A DNA stretch of 64,000 bases from positions 761,894 through 825,893 of the forward strand of contig OZ242203.1 in assembly GCA_965206275.1 (NCBI GenBank), in the 5' to 3' direction. The position numbers were made by a program, and so were the translations under genes. Under the pieces are notes generated by a model, which was not told where the DNA came from, did no database searches, and saw only the letters and a program-made list of their open reading frames with translations. This document shows positions 28,213-37,471 of this stretch, one piece after another (position 1 is the stretch's first letter; each line of letters opens with the position of its first letter). Origin of the DNA: Dehalococcoidia bacterium. GTDB lineage: Bacteria > Chloroflexota > Dehalococcoidia > UBA6926.

Positions 28213-29748
28213 ATGACTATCAATCCCATCCTGTTCGTTTTTCTTATGCTCCTGCTCAGCGCCGTCGGCACCGCGGGTGGCTTCGTCCTGCAGCGCATCA
28301 TCACCTCAGGAAATCTCCGCGGCGCCTCCCTTGAGGTTCAGCGCCGCATCGAGGAGAGTGAGACCGAGAGCAAGGAAATCCTCCTCCGCGCTCAGCAGGA
28401 GGCTATCCGCGTTCGCGATGAGTCCGAAAAGGAAGTGCGCGAGCAGCGCAGTGAAGTCCAGCGCGTAGAGCGACGCCTCCAGCGAAAGGAGGAGCAGGTC
28501 GACCGCCGTCTCGACAATTTCGAGAAGCGGGAACGCCAACTCAACGAGAAAGAGACTGAAATCGACGAGGTTCGCTCGCAGGTAGACGAACTGCACGCCG
28601 AACATCTGCGGGAACTCGAACGGGTCTCTCAGCTCACCATGGACGAGGGACGTGAACTGCTTCTTAGCCAATTGGAGAGCGAAATCGAAATCGAGTCCTC
28701 ACGCCGCGTGCGTGAGATGGAAGAGGCCGTGCTGGAGGAATCCACGGAGCGCGCCTACAAGATCATGGCGCAGTCCATGCAGCGCTACGCCAATGAAGTC
28801 GTCTCAGAGCTGACCACCAGCGTCGTCTCCTTGCCCAATGACGAAATGAAGGGGCGGCTAATCGGCCGTGAGGGTCGCAACATCCGCGCCCTTGAAAACG
28901 CCACCGGCGTCAACCTCATCGTCGATGACACGCCTGAGGTCGTCACGCTGTCGGCCTTTGATCCCGTGCGCCGTGAGGTGGCCCGCATGGCCGTCTCCCG
29001 CCTCGTGCAGGATGGGCGAATCCAGCCCGCCCGCATTGAGGAACTCGTCGTCAAAGCCCAGGAAGAGATGGAAGACATAATCAAGAAGGCGGGTGAAGAG
29101 GCCTGCTACGACGCCCGCGTCCAGGGCCTGCATCCCGACCTCATCAAGACCCTGGGCCGCTTGAAGTTCCGCTACAGCTACGGCCAGAACGTTCTCCAGC
29201 ACAGTATCGAGACGGCGCACCTTGCCGCATCGCTCGCGTCTGAACTGCGCGCCAACGTGGATATTTGCCGACGCGCCGGTTTCCTCCATGACATCGGCAA
29301 GGCACTCTCCCATGAGGTTGAAGGCCCGCACGCCGCCGTCGGCGCGGACCTCCTTGAGCGCTACAAGATCAACCAGCGCGTCGTGCGCGCCGTCGGTGAC
29401 CACCATGGTGAAGAGGGTTGGAAGAGCGTCGACGCATTTGTCGTGGCCGCCGCGGATGCCATCAGCGGCGCGCGGCCCGGCGCGCGGCGGGAGAGCGCCC
29501 AGCAGTACATCAAGCGGCTTGAAACCCTTGAGCAGATCGCGATGGGATTCGGCGGCGTGGACAAGGCCTATGCCATCCAGGCAGGGCGTGAAGTCCGCGT
29601 GATGGTCCAGCCGGACAGCGTGGATGATGTCGCCGCCATGCGCATGGCCCGTGACATGACCAAGAAGATCCAGGACTCCATGGAATACCCCGGCCAGATC
29701 AAGGTCATGGTGATCCGCGAGACCCGCGCCGTAGAATACGCGCGCTAG
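28213..29748 (+). CDS. rny: Ribonuclease Y.
   Basis: It has an N-terminal transmembrane helix, a coiled coil, a KH domain and an HD domain (HSIETAH...FLHDIGK). The ATG at 28213 is preceded by GGGGAGAA. Confidence 0.9.
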   Translation: MTINPILFVFLMLLLSAVGTAGGFVLQRIITSGNLRGASLEVQRRIEESETESKEILLRAQQEAIRVRDESEKEVREQRSEVQRVERRLQRKEEQVDRRLDNFEKRERQLNEKETEIDEVRSQVDELHAEHLRELERVSQLTMDEGRELLLSQLESEIEIESSRRVREMEEAVLEESTERAYKIMAQSMQRYANEVVSELTTSVVSLPNDEMKGRLIGREGRNIRALENATGVNLIVDDTPEVVTLSAFDPVRREVARMAVSRLVQDGRIQPARIEELVVKAQEEMEDIIKKAGEEACYDARVQGLHPDLIKTLGRLKFRYSYGQNVLQHSIETAHLAASLASELRANVDICRRAGFLHDIGKALSHEVEGPHAAVGADLLERYKINQRVVRAVGDHHGEEGWKSVDAFVVAAADAISGARPGARRESAQQYIKRLETLEQIAMGFGGVDKAYAIQAGREVRVMVQPDSVDDVAAMRMARDMTKKIQDSMEYPGQIKVMVIRETRAVEYAR

Positions 29749-29765
29749 ATGCCCACCGACAAACC

Positions 29766-30539
29766 ATGCGCATCCTGATGATCGGCGATCTCGTCGGGCA
29801 GCCCGGGCGGCAGGCAGTGCGAAAATACCTGCCCGATTTGCGGCGTGAACACGACATCGACCTTGTTGTCGCCAACGGCGAGAACTCCGCCGCAGGCTTC
29901 GGCATCACACCCAAGGTGGCCAAAGAACTCTTCGACGCCGGCGTGGACGTCATCTCCTCCGGCAATCACATCTGGGACAACAGGGACATGATGCCCCACA
30001 TGAACGACGAGACCCCCGTCCTGCGGCCCCTCAACTATCCGAAGGCCGCCCCCGGACGCGGCGCGGTCATGGCCAATGGCGCGCTCGTCGTCAGCTTGCA
30101 GGGGCGCACGTTCATGCCCGTCCAAATCGACGACCCGTTCATGGCGATGGACAACTTGCTCACGAACCTCACCGAGCAGCCTCGTGCCATCGTCGTCGAC
30201 TTTCACGCTGAAGCTACGTCCGAAAAGGGAGCGCTCGCGTGGTACGTGGACGGGCGCGTTGCTGGGGTCGTTGGTACACACACCCACGTCGCCACCGCGG
30301 ACGCCCGCGTCCTGCCCAAGGGGACGGCATTCGTCACCGACCTTGGCATGTGCGGGGCAATCGACTCCATCATCGGCAGTGACCCTGGCCCCGTGCTGGA
30401 GCGATTCCTCACCGGCGTCCCCGTCCGCCTCAACGTCGGAAACGGCCCCAGCCGGTTCAACTCCGTCCTCATTGAAACAGACGATACTACCGGTCTTGCC
30501 ACATCCATCCGGCGCGTGGACTGCGCTGACACCGAATGA
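29766..30539 (+). CDS. ymdB: YmdB-family metallophosphoesterase (TIGR00282; 2',3'-cyclic-nucleotide phosphodiesterase-like).
   Basis: It has the MRILMIGDLVG...ANGENSAAGFGIT N-terminus. The recA-rny-ymdB gene order is conserved, as in Bacillus. Confidence 0.85.
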   Translation: MRILMIGDLVGQPGRQAVRKYLPDLRREHDIDLVVANGENSAAGFGITPKVAKELFDAGVDVISSGNHIWDNRDMMPHMNDETPVLRPLNYPKAAPGRGAVMANGALVVSLQGRTFMPVQIDDPFMAMDNLLTNLTEQPRAIVVDFHAEATSEKGALAWYVDGRVAGVVGTHTHVATADARVLPKGTAFVTDLGMCGAIDSIIGSDPGPVLERFLTGVPVRLNVGNGPSRFNSVLIETDDTTGLATSIRRVDCADTE

Positions 30540-31369
30540 GCTCCGACCTCCACACCCACTCGACAATCTCAGACGGCCTCCTGTCGCCCGCGGAGCTTGT
30601 ACACCAGGCCGCCGCCGCAGGCGTCACGTATCTCGCGATCACTGACCATGACTCCACGGACGGGCTTGCCGAAGCACGGGAGGCGGCAGATCAACACCCC
30701 GGCCTGACACTCATCCCCGGCATTGAGATCTCCACAGACGTGCCGGAGGGGGAAGCGCACATCCTCGGCTATCTGCTTGACACCGAGAATGAGGAATTGC
30801 AAGCAACGCTCGCCTCGTTCCGTGACGACCGTGTAGGCCGCGCCATGCGCATGGTCGAGAACCTCGGAAACCTCGGCGTGCCCGTGTCATGGGAGCGCGT
30901 TGTGGAGATTGCGGGCGATGGAGCAATCGGCCGGCCTCATATCGCCCAGGCGCTCATGGAGGCGGGACACGTTCCCAGCATCCGCGAGGCTTTTGACCGT
31001 TACATCAGCAACGACGGCCCCGCGTACGCAGGCCGCCGCAAGATGCTCCCGGAAGAGGCCTTTCGCTTGGTGCGCCAGTACGGCGGCATCCCGGCCCTCG
31101 CCCATCCGAACGAGACGCCGCAATTGGAGTCCCTGCTCGCGGGATGGGTCGAGGCGGGCCTTGCGGGCATGGAGGTCTACTACGGTCTCTATCCTGACGA
31201 CCTGCGCGCCCACCTCAAGTCACTCGCCGATGAACACGGCCTGCTCGCCCTTGGTGGCAGTGACTACCATGGCCCGGGCCGAGCCGCGGAATGTCCTCTC
31301 GGCGGCTCCAACACCCCCTTGGAAGCAGGCGAGAGCCTTCTCGCCCTCCACGCCACAGTGTCTGGTTAA
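30536..31369 (+). CDS. PHP-domain phosphoesterase (TrpH/YciV-like).
   Basis: HTHSTISDG...ITDHD PHP motifs are present. The gene overlaps the ymdB stop by 4 nt. Confidence 0.8.
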   Translation: MSSDLHTHSTISDGLLSPAELVHQAAAAGVTYLAITDHDSTDGLAEAREAADQHPGLTLIPGIEISTDVPEGEAHILGYLLDTENEELQATLASFRDDRVGRAMRMVENLGNLGVPVSWERVVEIAGDGAIGRPHIAQALMEAGHVPSIREAFDRYISNDGPAYAGRRKMLPEEAFRLVRQYGGIPALAHPNETPQLESLLAGWVEAGLAGMEVYYGLYPDDLRAHLKSLADEHGLLALGGSDYHGPGRAAECPLGGSNTPLEAGESLLALHATVSG

Positions 31370-31376
31370 GAAATCC

Positions 31377-32507
31377 TCACCCGCCCAGCAAGACCGCAGC
31401 CCAGCCGACAACGGCGGCGACTGTGATCGCGAAGGCGGACTGCTTCACAACAAGCGTGCCCGCGAACCGTACCCCGAGTTCCCGCCCAATCGTGATTGCA
31501 GTGACCAGGCATGGCAGCACCGTTCCGGCGAGGAATGTTGCCACCAGCAGCTGGGTCGCGCTCAACGAAGCGACGGTGCCGGCCTCGGCCAGGAGCAATA
31601 TACCGTCCTTGCGCACACCGGCGAGCACGGTCGGCAAAGCCGCGTCCGCCGGCAGTGCGAACACAGCCATCGCCGGTGCCAACAGGGGCCCCGCTGCATC
31701 GAGCGCGCCTGACCAGTCGAGGAGAGAGGCGACCATCGCGATCGCGAAGAAGATCGGGACCGCCGTGCGGAAGAACGCCCAAACCATCGCTCGCGCCTCC
31801 GCCCCGACTGCCGCGAGGGAAGGCCACGTAAGGGCGGCGCGCTGTTCCATGAGGAGTGCGTTGAGCCTTGATCGCGCGTCAGGGCGACTGATAAGGCGCG
31901 TGTAGACGAGCGTCGCCGCGACGAGCAGTGCCAGGTACGGCACAACAAGACTGCTCCTGTCGGCGGCGGCAAAGACCGCGAGCGTCGCGCCGAGTTGGTA
32001 CGAGCAGGCAGACCCGAAGGCGATCGCGCCGACGGTCGTCGGCCGGGTGCAAGAAGCGCAGGAGCGTGTCGCGACGATCGCCGGGACGTTACAGCCGAAG
32101 CCCATCAGCACTTGTGTCACGTCGCGCCCTTGAAGGCCGACCCGCCGCAACAGCGGGTGAAGCGCCGTCCCGATGCCATCGGCGAGGCCGCTCACCTTGT
32201 AGGCGCTGATAAGCGCGGAGTAGACCAGCACAGTGGGAACCGCCCACACGAACAGCAGCGGCCCCATCGTGAGCAGTCCGTAGTCACCGGAGAGCACGGC
32301 CCTTAGCGGTCCCGGCCAGCCCGCTATCCTCTCGGCAAGCGGTGTCGTGATCGCCACGACAGGCGGATCAAGCCAGGCAGCCACCTGGTTCGCGCCGAGC
32401 ACGGCGAGCACAGCCGGCAAGACCAGCAAGATGACCGCGCTTGCGGGGCCTGCAACCGCGTGGTCGAGGAGTCCGTGCTGTGGCGTGTTCTGCCATCCCG
32501 CCCGCAA
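31377..32507 (-). CDS. FeoB-like gate-domain membrane protein (nucleoside-recognition domain) lacking the GTPase domain. The start is uncertain; a TTG near 32507 is suggested.
   Basis: It has the GFGCNVPAIVATRS gate motif and multiple transmembrane segments. The ORF-track start (32684) overlaps the upstream FAD-oxidoreductase gene, so an internal non-ATG start is more likely. Confidence 0.55.
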   Translation of the reverse strand: MRAGWQNTPQHGLLDHAVAGPASAVILLVLPAVLAVLGANQVAAWLDPPVVAITTPLAERIAGWPGPLRAVLSGDYGLLTMGPLLFVWAVPTVLVYSALISAYKVSGLADGIGTALHPLLRRVGLQGRDVTQVLMGFGCNVPAIVATRSCASCTRPTTVGAIAFGSACSYQLGATLAVFAAADRSSLVVPYLALLVAATLVYTRLISRPDARSRLNALLMEQRAALTWPSLAAVGAEARAMVWAFFRTAVPIFFAIAMVASLLDWSGALDAAGPLLAPAMAVFALPADAALPTVLAGVRKDGILLLAEAGTVASLSATQLLVATFLAGTVLPCLVTAITIGRELGVRFAGTLVVKQSAFAITVAAVVGWAAVLLGG

Positions 32508-32562
32508 CGGCGGTCGTTCAAGGCTGACCGGAGCGGGCGCGATTACGTCGATGTCATGTCGG

Positions 32563-33726
32563 TCAGCACGCACAGGATTCCACGCAGCAAGAAAGGTCGT
32601 CCAGGTACATCCCCGCCGTGCGGCGGGCCTCAACGGCTTCCGTGGTGTCCATTCCAAGACGCTGCGCGATAGCGTCTGCAACAACCGCGAAGCGCTGCCG
32701 GAACTTGTAGATGAAGCAGAAGTTCACGCCCCGGTGCTGAACAATCGGGCCGGAGAGGAACAGGTCGGGCACGAGCGTGGACTCGTCGGCCTCTTCCGTG
32801 ACGATGGGTTTGCCGTCCTCATCGTACTCAATCATGCCGTCGAGGTAGCTGAGAGACCCCTTGAAGCCGGTGGCGAGAATCGGTTGCGTCTCGCTCTCCC
32901 ACTCGCGGCCGTCCGAGGCCTGGACGACCCAACTGTCACCGTCCTCCCGTACCGACGTGATGTCGACACTGTCAAGGAGGGTCACGGAGCCCGTGGAGTC
33001 GGCCCATTCCAGGCGTTCACGCGAATATGGAGAGAGCGAGATGCTCGGATCCGGGTCTTCTCTCTTCCATGTCGCGTATCGCGCCAACACCGTCACGTCC
33101 TTCTCCAGCTGCACCAGCGAGATGGTCGCGTCTGCGGCGCTCTCGTAGCCGCCAATCACCGTGAAACGATCACCCTCCAGTTCCTGCCATGTGCCGACGT
33201 CGGAAGAGTGGCGGCAGAATTCTGCGCCCGGGATCGAATTGCGATTCGGGTACTGGAACTCCCCGGCCGCCCAGATGAGATGTCGCGCCCGCACCGGCCG
33301 GTCGCTAGTCGTGAGTGTGAACGTTCCGTTGTCCTCGACCGTGACGGAGCTGACATCGATGCCGGGCTTCACCTGGAGCTCGTAGTGATTGGCGACGTTG
33401 TCGAGGTACTTCGCGTAAGCGACTCCGCTGGGATGTTCGCGGTCGAGCGTGTACGCAGGCGACGTGTTGGGGACAATCGCGTTGAGATCGAGCAACCCAA
33501 ACGCGTTCGCAGTGAACGACGGCGTGATGAAGCGCATCTCTTGCGGCCACCGCCGGAACGAAGCGCCCACCTCGTAGCGATCCAGGATGATGACGTCGTC
33601 GACGCCAAACTCCTTGAGGGCCACCGCGCATCCCAGCCCGGCCGCCCCCGCGCCCACGATCGCGACTTCATGCACCTGCGACCCTTCCACCTTATCGCGC
33701 CATCGTCCCTGGTTCCGTTTGCTCAT
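32563..33726 (-). CDS. FAD-dependent oxidoreductase (NAD(P)/FAD-binding, flavin-monooxygenase-like).
   Basis: An N-terminal GAGAAG dinucleotide-binding motif is present. GAGAGGAA lies 7 nt upstream of the ATG at 33726. Confidence 0.75.
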   Translation of the reverse strand: MSKRNQGRWRDKVEGSQVHEVAIVGAGAAGLGCAVALKEFGVDDVIILDRYEVGASFRRWPQEMRFITPSFTANAFGLLDLNAIVPNTSPAYTLDREHPSGVAYAKYLDNVANHYELQVKPGIDVSSVTVEDNGTFTLTTSDRPVRARHLIWAAGEFQYPNRNSIPGAEFCRHSSDVGTWQELEGDRFTVIGGYESAADATISLVQLEKDVTVLARYATWKREDPDPSISLSPYSRERLEWADSTGSVTLLDSVDITSVREDGDSWVVQASDGREWESETQPILATGFKGSLSYLDGMIEYDEDGKPIVTEEADESTLVPDLFLSGPIVQHRGVNFCFIYKFRQRFAVVADAIAQRLGMDTTEAVEARRTAGMYLDDLSCCVESCAC

Positions 33727-33972
33727 GTGTCGTTCCTCTCAACGTGTTGCGTGTCAAAGTATTGCTCGCGATCCTCAACGTCGCAAAGCCAAATATAATC
33801 CCATGTGCCCCCAATCACGTCAATCCAAAATGAGACTGTCGCGAAGGTTTGTCCAGAATTGATACGGGCGGGAATCCGGCAGTCTCAATCCCGATGCGCC
33901 ACTCCCCCGATAGTGCTAGAGTCCGAATAACCGTTAGCTCTGATTCTCTTAACACACTGGAAGGAGCCTACG

Positions 33973-35430
33973 ATGAGAGCGATGCAGTGGTTGATGACCC
34001 GCCAGCGTGTCCCCGCCATCCTCGCCGCAACTGGCATCGTAACCCTGTTGCTCATGCTCCTCCGGCCCGCCGTCGCGCATGCGCAAGGTGTTGAACAGGA
34101 AACCGCTTTCGTCTTCAACACCCTCTCATTCCTCATCTGGGGCGCGCTCGTCATGTGGATGTGCGCCGGCTTCACCATGCTGGAAACCGGATCCGTTCGG
34201 ACCAAGAACGCCGCCATGATCTGCATGAAGAACATCGGCCTCTATTCCATCGCCGGACTTGCCTACTACATCATTGGCTACAACCTCATGTACGTGGACG
34301 TTGGCCGAGATCTGAACATCCTCGGCCTCAACGTGGGCGATCTCATCGGCACGTTTACCCTCACCTACAGTTCGTCCGCAGCGGAAATGGCGCTGCTTGA
34401 AGCTGAAGCAGGGGCCTCGGCGGCGGGTGTCCTGGAAGAATCCACCTATTCCTCGATGTCCGACTGGTTCTTCCAGATGGTCTTCGTCGCCACCACCGCC
34501 TCCATCGTCTCCGGCGCCCTCGCTGAGAGAGTCAAGATGTGGTCGTTCTTCATATTCACCCTGTGCCTCACGGCATTCATCTACCCGACAATCGGCGCGT
34601 GGACGTGGGGCGAAGGCTGGCTGAACCAACTCGGCTTCACCGACTTTGCCGGCTCCACCATCGTCCACAGCACTGGCGGCTGGGCTGCGTTGGCCGGTCT
34701 GATTGTCGTCGGGCCACGATTGGGCAAGTTCCGCCGCGATGGCACTGCGCGTCCCACCCCGCCCTCCAACATCATCTCCGTCACGTTGGGAGTCTTTATC
34801 CTCTGGTTCGGCTGGTTGGGATTCAACGGCGGATCGCAGCTCGCCCTCGGCAGTGCCGTCGACGCCGTCTGGATTAGCATCGTGCTGGTGAACACCAACC
34901 TGTCCGCAGCATCCGGCGTGCTGGTCGCCCTCTTTACGTCCCGATACATCCTGGGGCGCACGGATTTGTTCGCCGTCCTCAACGGCGCGATAGCTGGCCT
35001 TGTCTCCATCACCGCCGCCCCCAACTTCGTCGACCACTATTGGGCAATCATCATTGGCGCAGTCGGAGGACTTATCTGCACGGTCGGCCTGCGACTCCTT
35101 GAACGCATCAAGGTCGATGATGTCGTCGGCGCAGTCCCCGCCCACCTCTTTGCGGGCATCTGGGGCACGCTCGCGGCGGCCATCACGGTTGGCGCGCAAC
35201 TCCACGTCCAACTGCTGGGCGTCGTCGTCATCGGCGTTACTGTCTTCGGCATTGCCTGGCTCGTCTGGAAGGCGCTGGACATGACGCTGAGCGCCAGGGT
35301 GTCACGCCAAGTCGAAGAGCTCGGTCAGGACGCCGGCGAACTCCGCATGGAGTCATACCCCGAATTCGTCCTCATGCCCGAACCTGACTACGACGATGAC
35401 CTGGACCCCGAGATGCCAGCGACAAGCTAG
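33973..35430 (+). CDS. amt: Ammonium transporter (Amt family) with a signal peptide. No glnK gene is adjacent.
   Basis: It has the Amt transmembrane core (GFTMLETGSVRTKN..., DFAGSTIVH). GGAAGGAG lies upstream of the ATG. Confidence 0.9.
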   Translation: MRAMQWLMTRQRVPAILAATGIVTLLLMLLRPAVAHAQGVEQETAFVFNTLSFLIWGALVMWMCAGFTMLETGSVRTKNAAMICMKNIGLYSIAGLAYYIIGYNLMYVDVGRDLNILGLNVGDLIGTFTLTYSSSAAEMALLEAEAGASAAGVLEESTYSSMSDWFFQMVFVATTASIVSGALAERVKMWSFFIFTLCLTAFIYPTIGAWTWGEGWLNQLGFTDFAGSTIVHSTGGWAALAGLIVVGPRLGKFRRDGTARPTPPSNIISVTLGVFILWFGWLGFNGGSQLALGSAVDAVWISIVLVNTNLSAASGVLVALFTSRYILGRTDLFAVLNGAIAGLVSITAAPNFVDHYWAIIIGAVGGLICTVGLRLLERIKVDDVVGAVPAHLFAGIWGTLAAAITVGAQLHVQLLGVVVIGVTVFGIAWLVWKALDMTLSARVSRQVEELGQDAGELRMESYPEFVLMPEPDYDDDLDPEMPATS

Positions 35431-35450
35431 GGCGCTTGGTATCGGACTTA

Positions 35451-35658
35451 CTGTCATTCCGAGCGCAGCCGAGGAATCTAAAGCCGCGCCCTGTCAATCC
35501 ACCCCAATCCCCCGCGCAGGCGGGGACTGTCCCCACCGTCATTCCCGCGAAAGCGGGAATCCAGTGCGGCGCGCAGCGCCGCCTCCCCCGCTCACCCTGA
35601 GCCTGTCGAAGGGTTGAGCGTCCCCCTGTCATTCCGAGCGCAGTCGAGGAATCTAAAG
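35451..35658. repeat. Cluster of four REP-like elements filling the intergenic space between amt and the low-GC islet.
   Basis: Two copies of CTGTCATTCCGAGCGCAG(C/T)CGAGGAATCTAAAG lie at 35451-35483 and 35626-35658. A GAAA-tetraloop hairpin CGTCATTCCCGCgaaaGCGGGAATCC lies at 35537-35562. A TGAGCCTGTCGAA hairpin lies at 35590-35620. Confidence 0.6.
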
Positions 35659-35665
35659 ACCTGCC

Positions 35666-36433
35666 TTAGACATCGACGCAGGTAAAGTGTGGGTTTCGCC
35701 CCCTGCCCCAGCACGAATCCATGAAGGAATTGACACGCTCATACAAGAGAGTGGGGACCTCTTCGTTGGCAGAATTCGGGATGACAAAGAATACGCGTGG
35801 AGGTAACCGGTTGAATCGAAGAGCGACAATCTCACCACTTGGCCCAACAAGGTTTAACTCTCGTCGCAAATTGACAGCATGACGGTGTATTTGTTCTTCA
35901 TGAGTGCCGTCTCTATTGAAGTGCTGATAAATTACCAGTGACTTGCCCATTTCCCACAGTCTGGCTGCTTCGCCATGAGTAGCGTGCTCAACGTCAGGGG
36001 TATCCGCCAAGCCATTATCCGGATCGAGAAAGACTAAATCGCGGTCCCCCACCTCATGCATTGCCCGAGTGAACCAGCCGTCCCTAGCCAAAGGGGCATT
36101 GACCGAATCGCGGTAATACATTGTGCCATCCGACAACGCCCCTGAGTTTTGCATCGCCATAACCGATCTCTGGCCGTCATTGATGAGATTCTGCAAAATC
36201 CCATACAGCTCAGGGTCGCACTGTATCAAGCGTTGCTCGTGTTGACTTGGAATTTCGAGATAATTGAACGGTTGCCCTAGTTCAGGCAACGCTGCGTTTG
36301 TCTCAACGTAATACCAAATAACCCCTAGCCGCAGTTGCCATCCACCATCCGAGTCCCCACATAGCCACCTAAGCAACCCATATTTCCCAAAATCACCAAC
36401 ATCTCCGACGAATCGATCTTGCATCCGTGCCAA
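35666..36433 (-). CDS. Hypothetical cytoplasmic protein (255 aa) of low GC.
   Basis: The ORF is about 50% GC against about 65% in its surroundings. The N-terminus reads FVGDVGDFGKYGLLRWL. Later ...VFLDPDNGL... and ...LVIYQH... blocks weakly resemble the RlmJ-like methyltransferase fold, with the catalytic (D/N)PPY motif degenerate. Family is unassigned. Confidence 0.5.
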   Translation of the reverse strand: MARMQDRFVGDVGDFGKYGLLRWLCGDSDGGWQLRLGVIWYYVETNAALPELGQPFNYLEIPSQHEQRLIQCDPELYGILQNLINDGQRSVMAMQNSGALSDGTMYYRDSVNAPLARDGWFTRAMHEVGDRDLVFLDPDNGLADTPDVEHATHGEAARLWEMGKSLVIYQHFNRDGTHEEQIHRHAVNLRRELNLVGPSGEIVALRFNRLPPRVFFVIPNSANEEVPTLLYERVNSFMDSCWGRGRNPHFTCVDV

Positions 36434-36545
36434 CCTCCCAGCCTGGAATAACAGTGATCGCTAACCTACCACAGGCCAGCCATTTTCGCGGGCATTAACC
36501 CCGAGGCGCCCGCGGAGTTGATATCCCCACCGCTCCCCCCCCAAA

Positions 36546-36586
36546 ACCACCTCTGCCGCCCTCTTGATCAAGAGGACGGCAGAGGT
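36546..36586 (-). terminator. Intrinsic terminator hairpin downstream of the membrane-protein gene.
   Basis: The 9-bp stem CCTCTGCCG ... CGGCAGAGG encloses a nested palindrome (CCTCTTGATCAAGAGG). On the minus strand it is followed by GGTTTTGGGGGG. Confidence 0.5.
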
Positions 36587-36625
36587 TTCTAGTCCGTATT
36601 AGCCCGTGTGGACTGACGGGGAAGT

Positions 36626-37369
36626 CTAGTCTGCCGGGGAAAGCTCGCTGCGGCCCTGGTACATTCCGAAGCCGATGATGAACAGCGCTATCGAGCCCAC
36701 CATTAGGGTCACGTTGTTGATGACCAGTAGCATCTCTAGATCCAAATCAGTGAGGTGCATGCCCGCGTTGACGACTACGAAGGTCACAACTCCCACCAGC
36801 ATCAGCGCATAGCCGGCAATCTTGTAGATGTTCATCTCCTTGATGCACATCACCAGGCCAAGACCCAGGAGGAATGAGGCAAACGGCAAGATGAATAGGG
36901 ACGCCAGAAACGCCCCAACCATGTCCGCGTATCCTCCTATTGCCAGTAACTCAAACTGCGCCATCCCTTCAGGGCCCAGGGTGTCCTCGCCACGCTGCAG
37001 GAGATGGAGCAGGAGGTGTCGCTCGGCGTGTCCAAGGATGACCAAAGCCCACTCAACCACGGTCAGAATAATGCCGAAGCAGAGAATAGGACGGGCTAGG
37101 GCGCCTTCACCCTCAGATAAGGTGTAAAGCCGAATCACTGCCCCAATCATCAGAAGCATGCCGATAATCGAAACTGTTGAAGACACGTGACCAATGTTTG
37201 GATAGTCTGCCAGTACAGCGACAGTACCCACGTAGTCCGCTGGGTCCGTGTACTCAATGAGGAATCCACCCGGAAGGAAAAATGGCGCAACAAACGAAAG
37301 GACTATTCCGACCATAAACGCCAAGCCTGCTGCCTTGGTCTTCCGCGCAGCTCGCTCCTCGTTACTCAT
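36626..37369 (-). CDS. Hypothetical polytopic membrane protein (247 aa, about 6-7 transmembrane segments) of low GC.
   Basis: The ORF is about 50-52% GC, has a hydrophobic periodicity consistent with 6-7 helices, and has its own terminator. I recognise no family. Confidence 0.55.
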   Translation of the reverse strand: MSNEERAARKTKAAGLAFMVGIVLSFVAPFFLPGGFLIEYTDPADYVGTVAVLADYPNIGHVSSTVSIIGMLLMIGAVIRLYTLSEGEGALARPILCFGIILTVVEWALVILGHAERHLLLHLLQRGEDTLGPEGMAQFELLAIGGYADMVGAFLASLFILPFASFLLGLGLVMCIKEMNIYKIAGYALMLVGVVTFVVVNAGMHLTDLDLEMLLVINNVTLMVGSIALFIIGFGMYQGRSELSPAD

Positions 37370-37471
37370 GGGGCCTCCCCTCTGAGCTACTCCAATGGCA
37401 CAACGCTGACGCCATTAACCTAGACTTAAACTGTCCATTTATCAATGGGCAATTGTATCTCGCCAAAGGTT

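Noticed and set aside
32347-33798. A 483-aa plus-strand ORF.
   Set aside because: It is antisense to the FAD oxidoreductase and FeoB-like genes, and the translation is Arg/Ala-rich.
34126-35211. A 361-aa ORF antisense to amt.
   Set aside because: It is antisense to a conserved transporter and has a low-complexity Asp/Gly/Arg composition.
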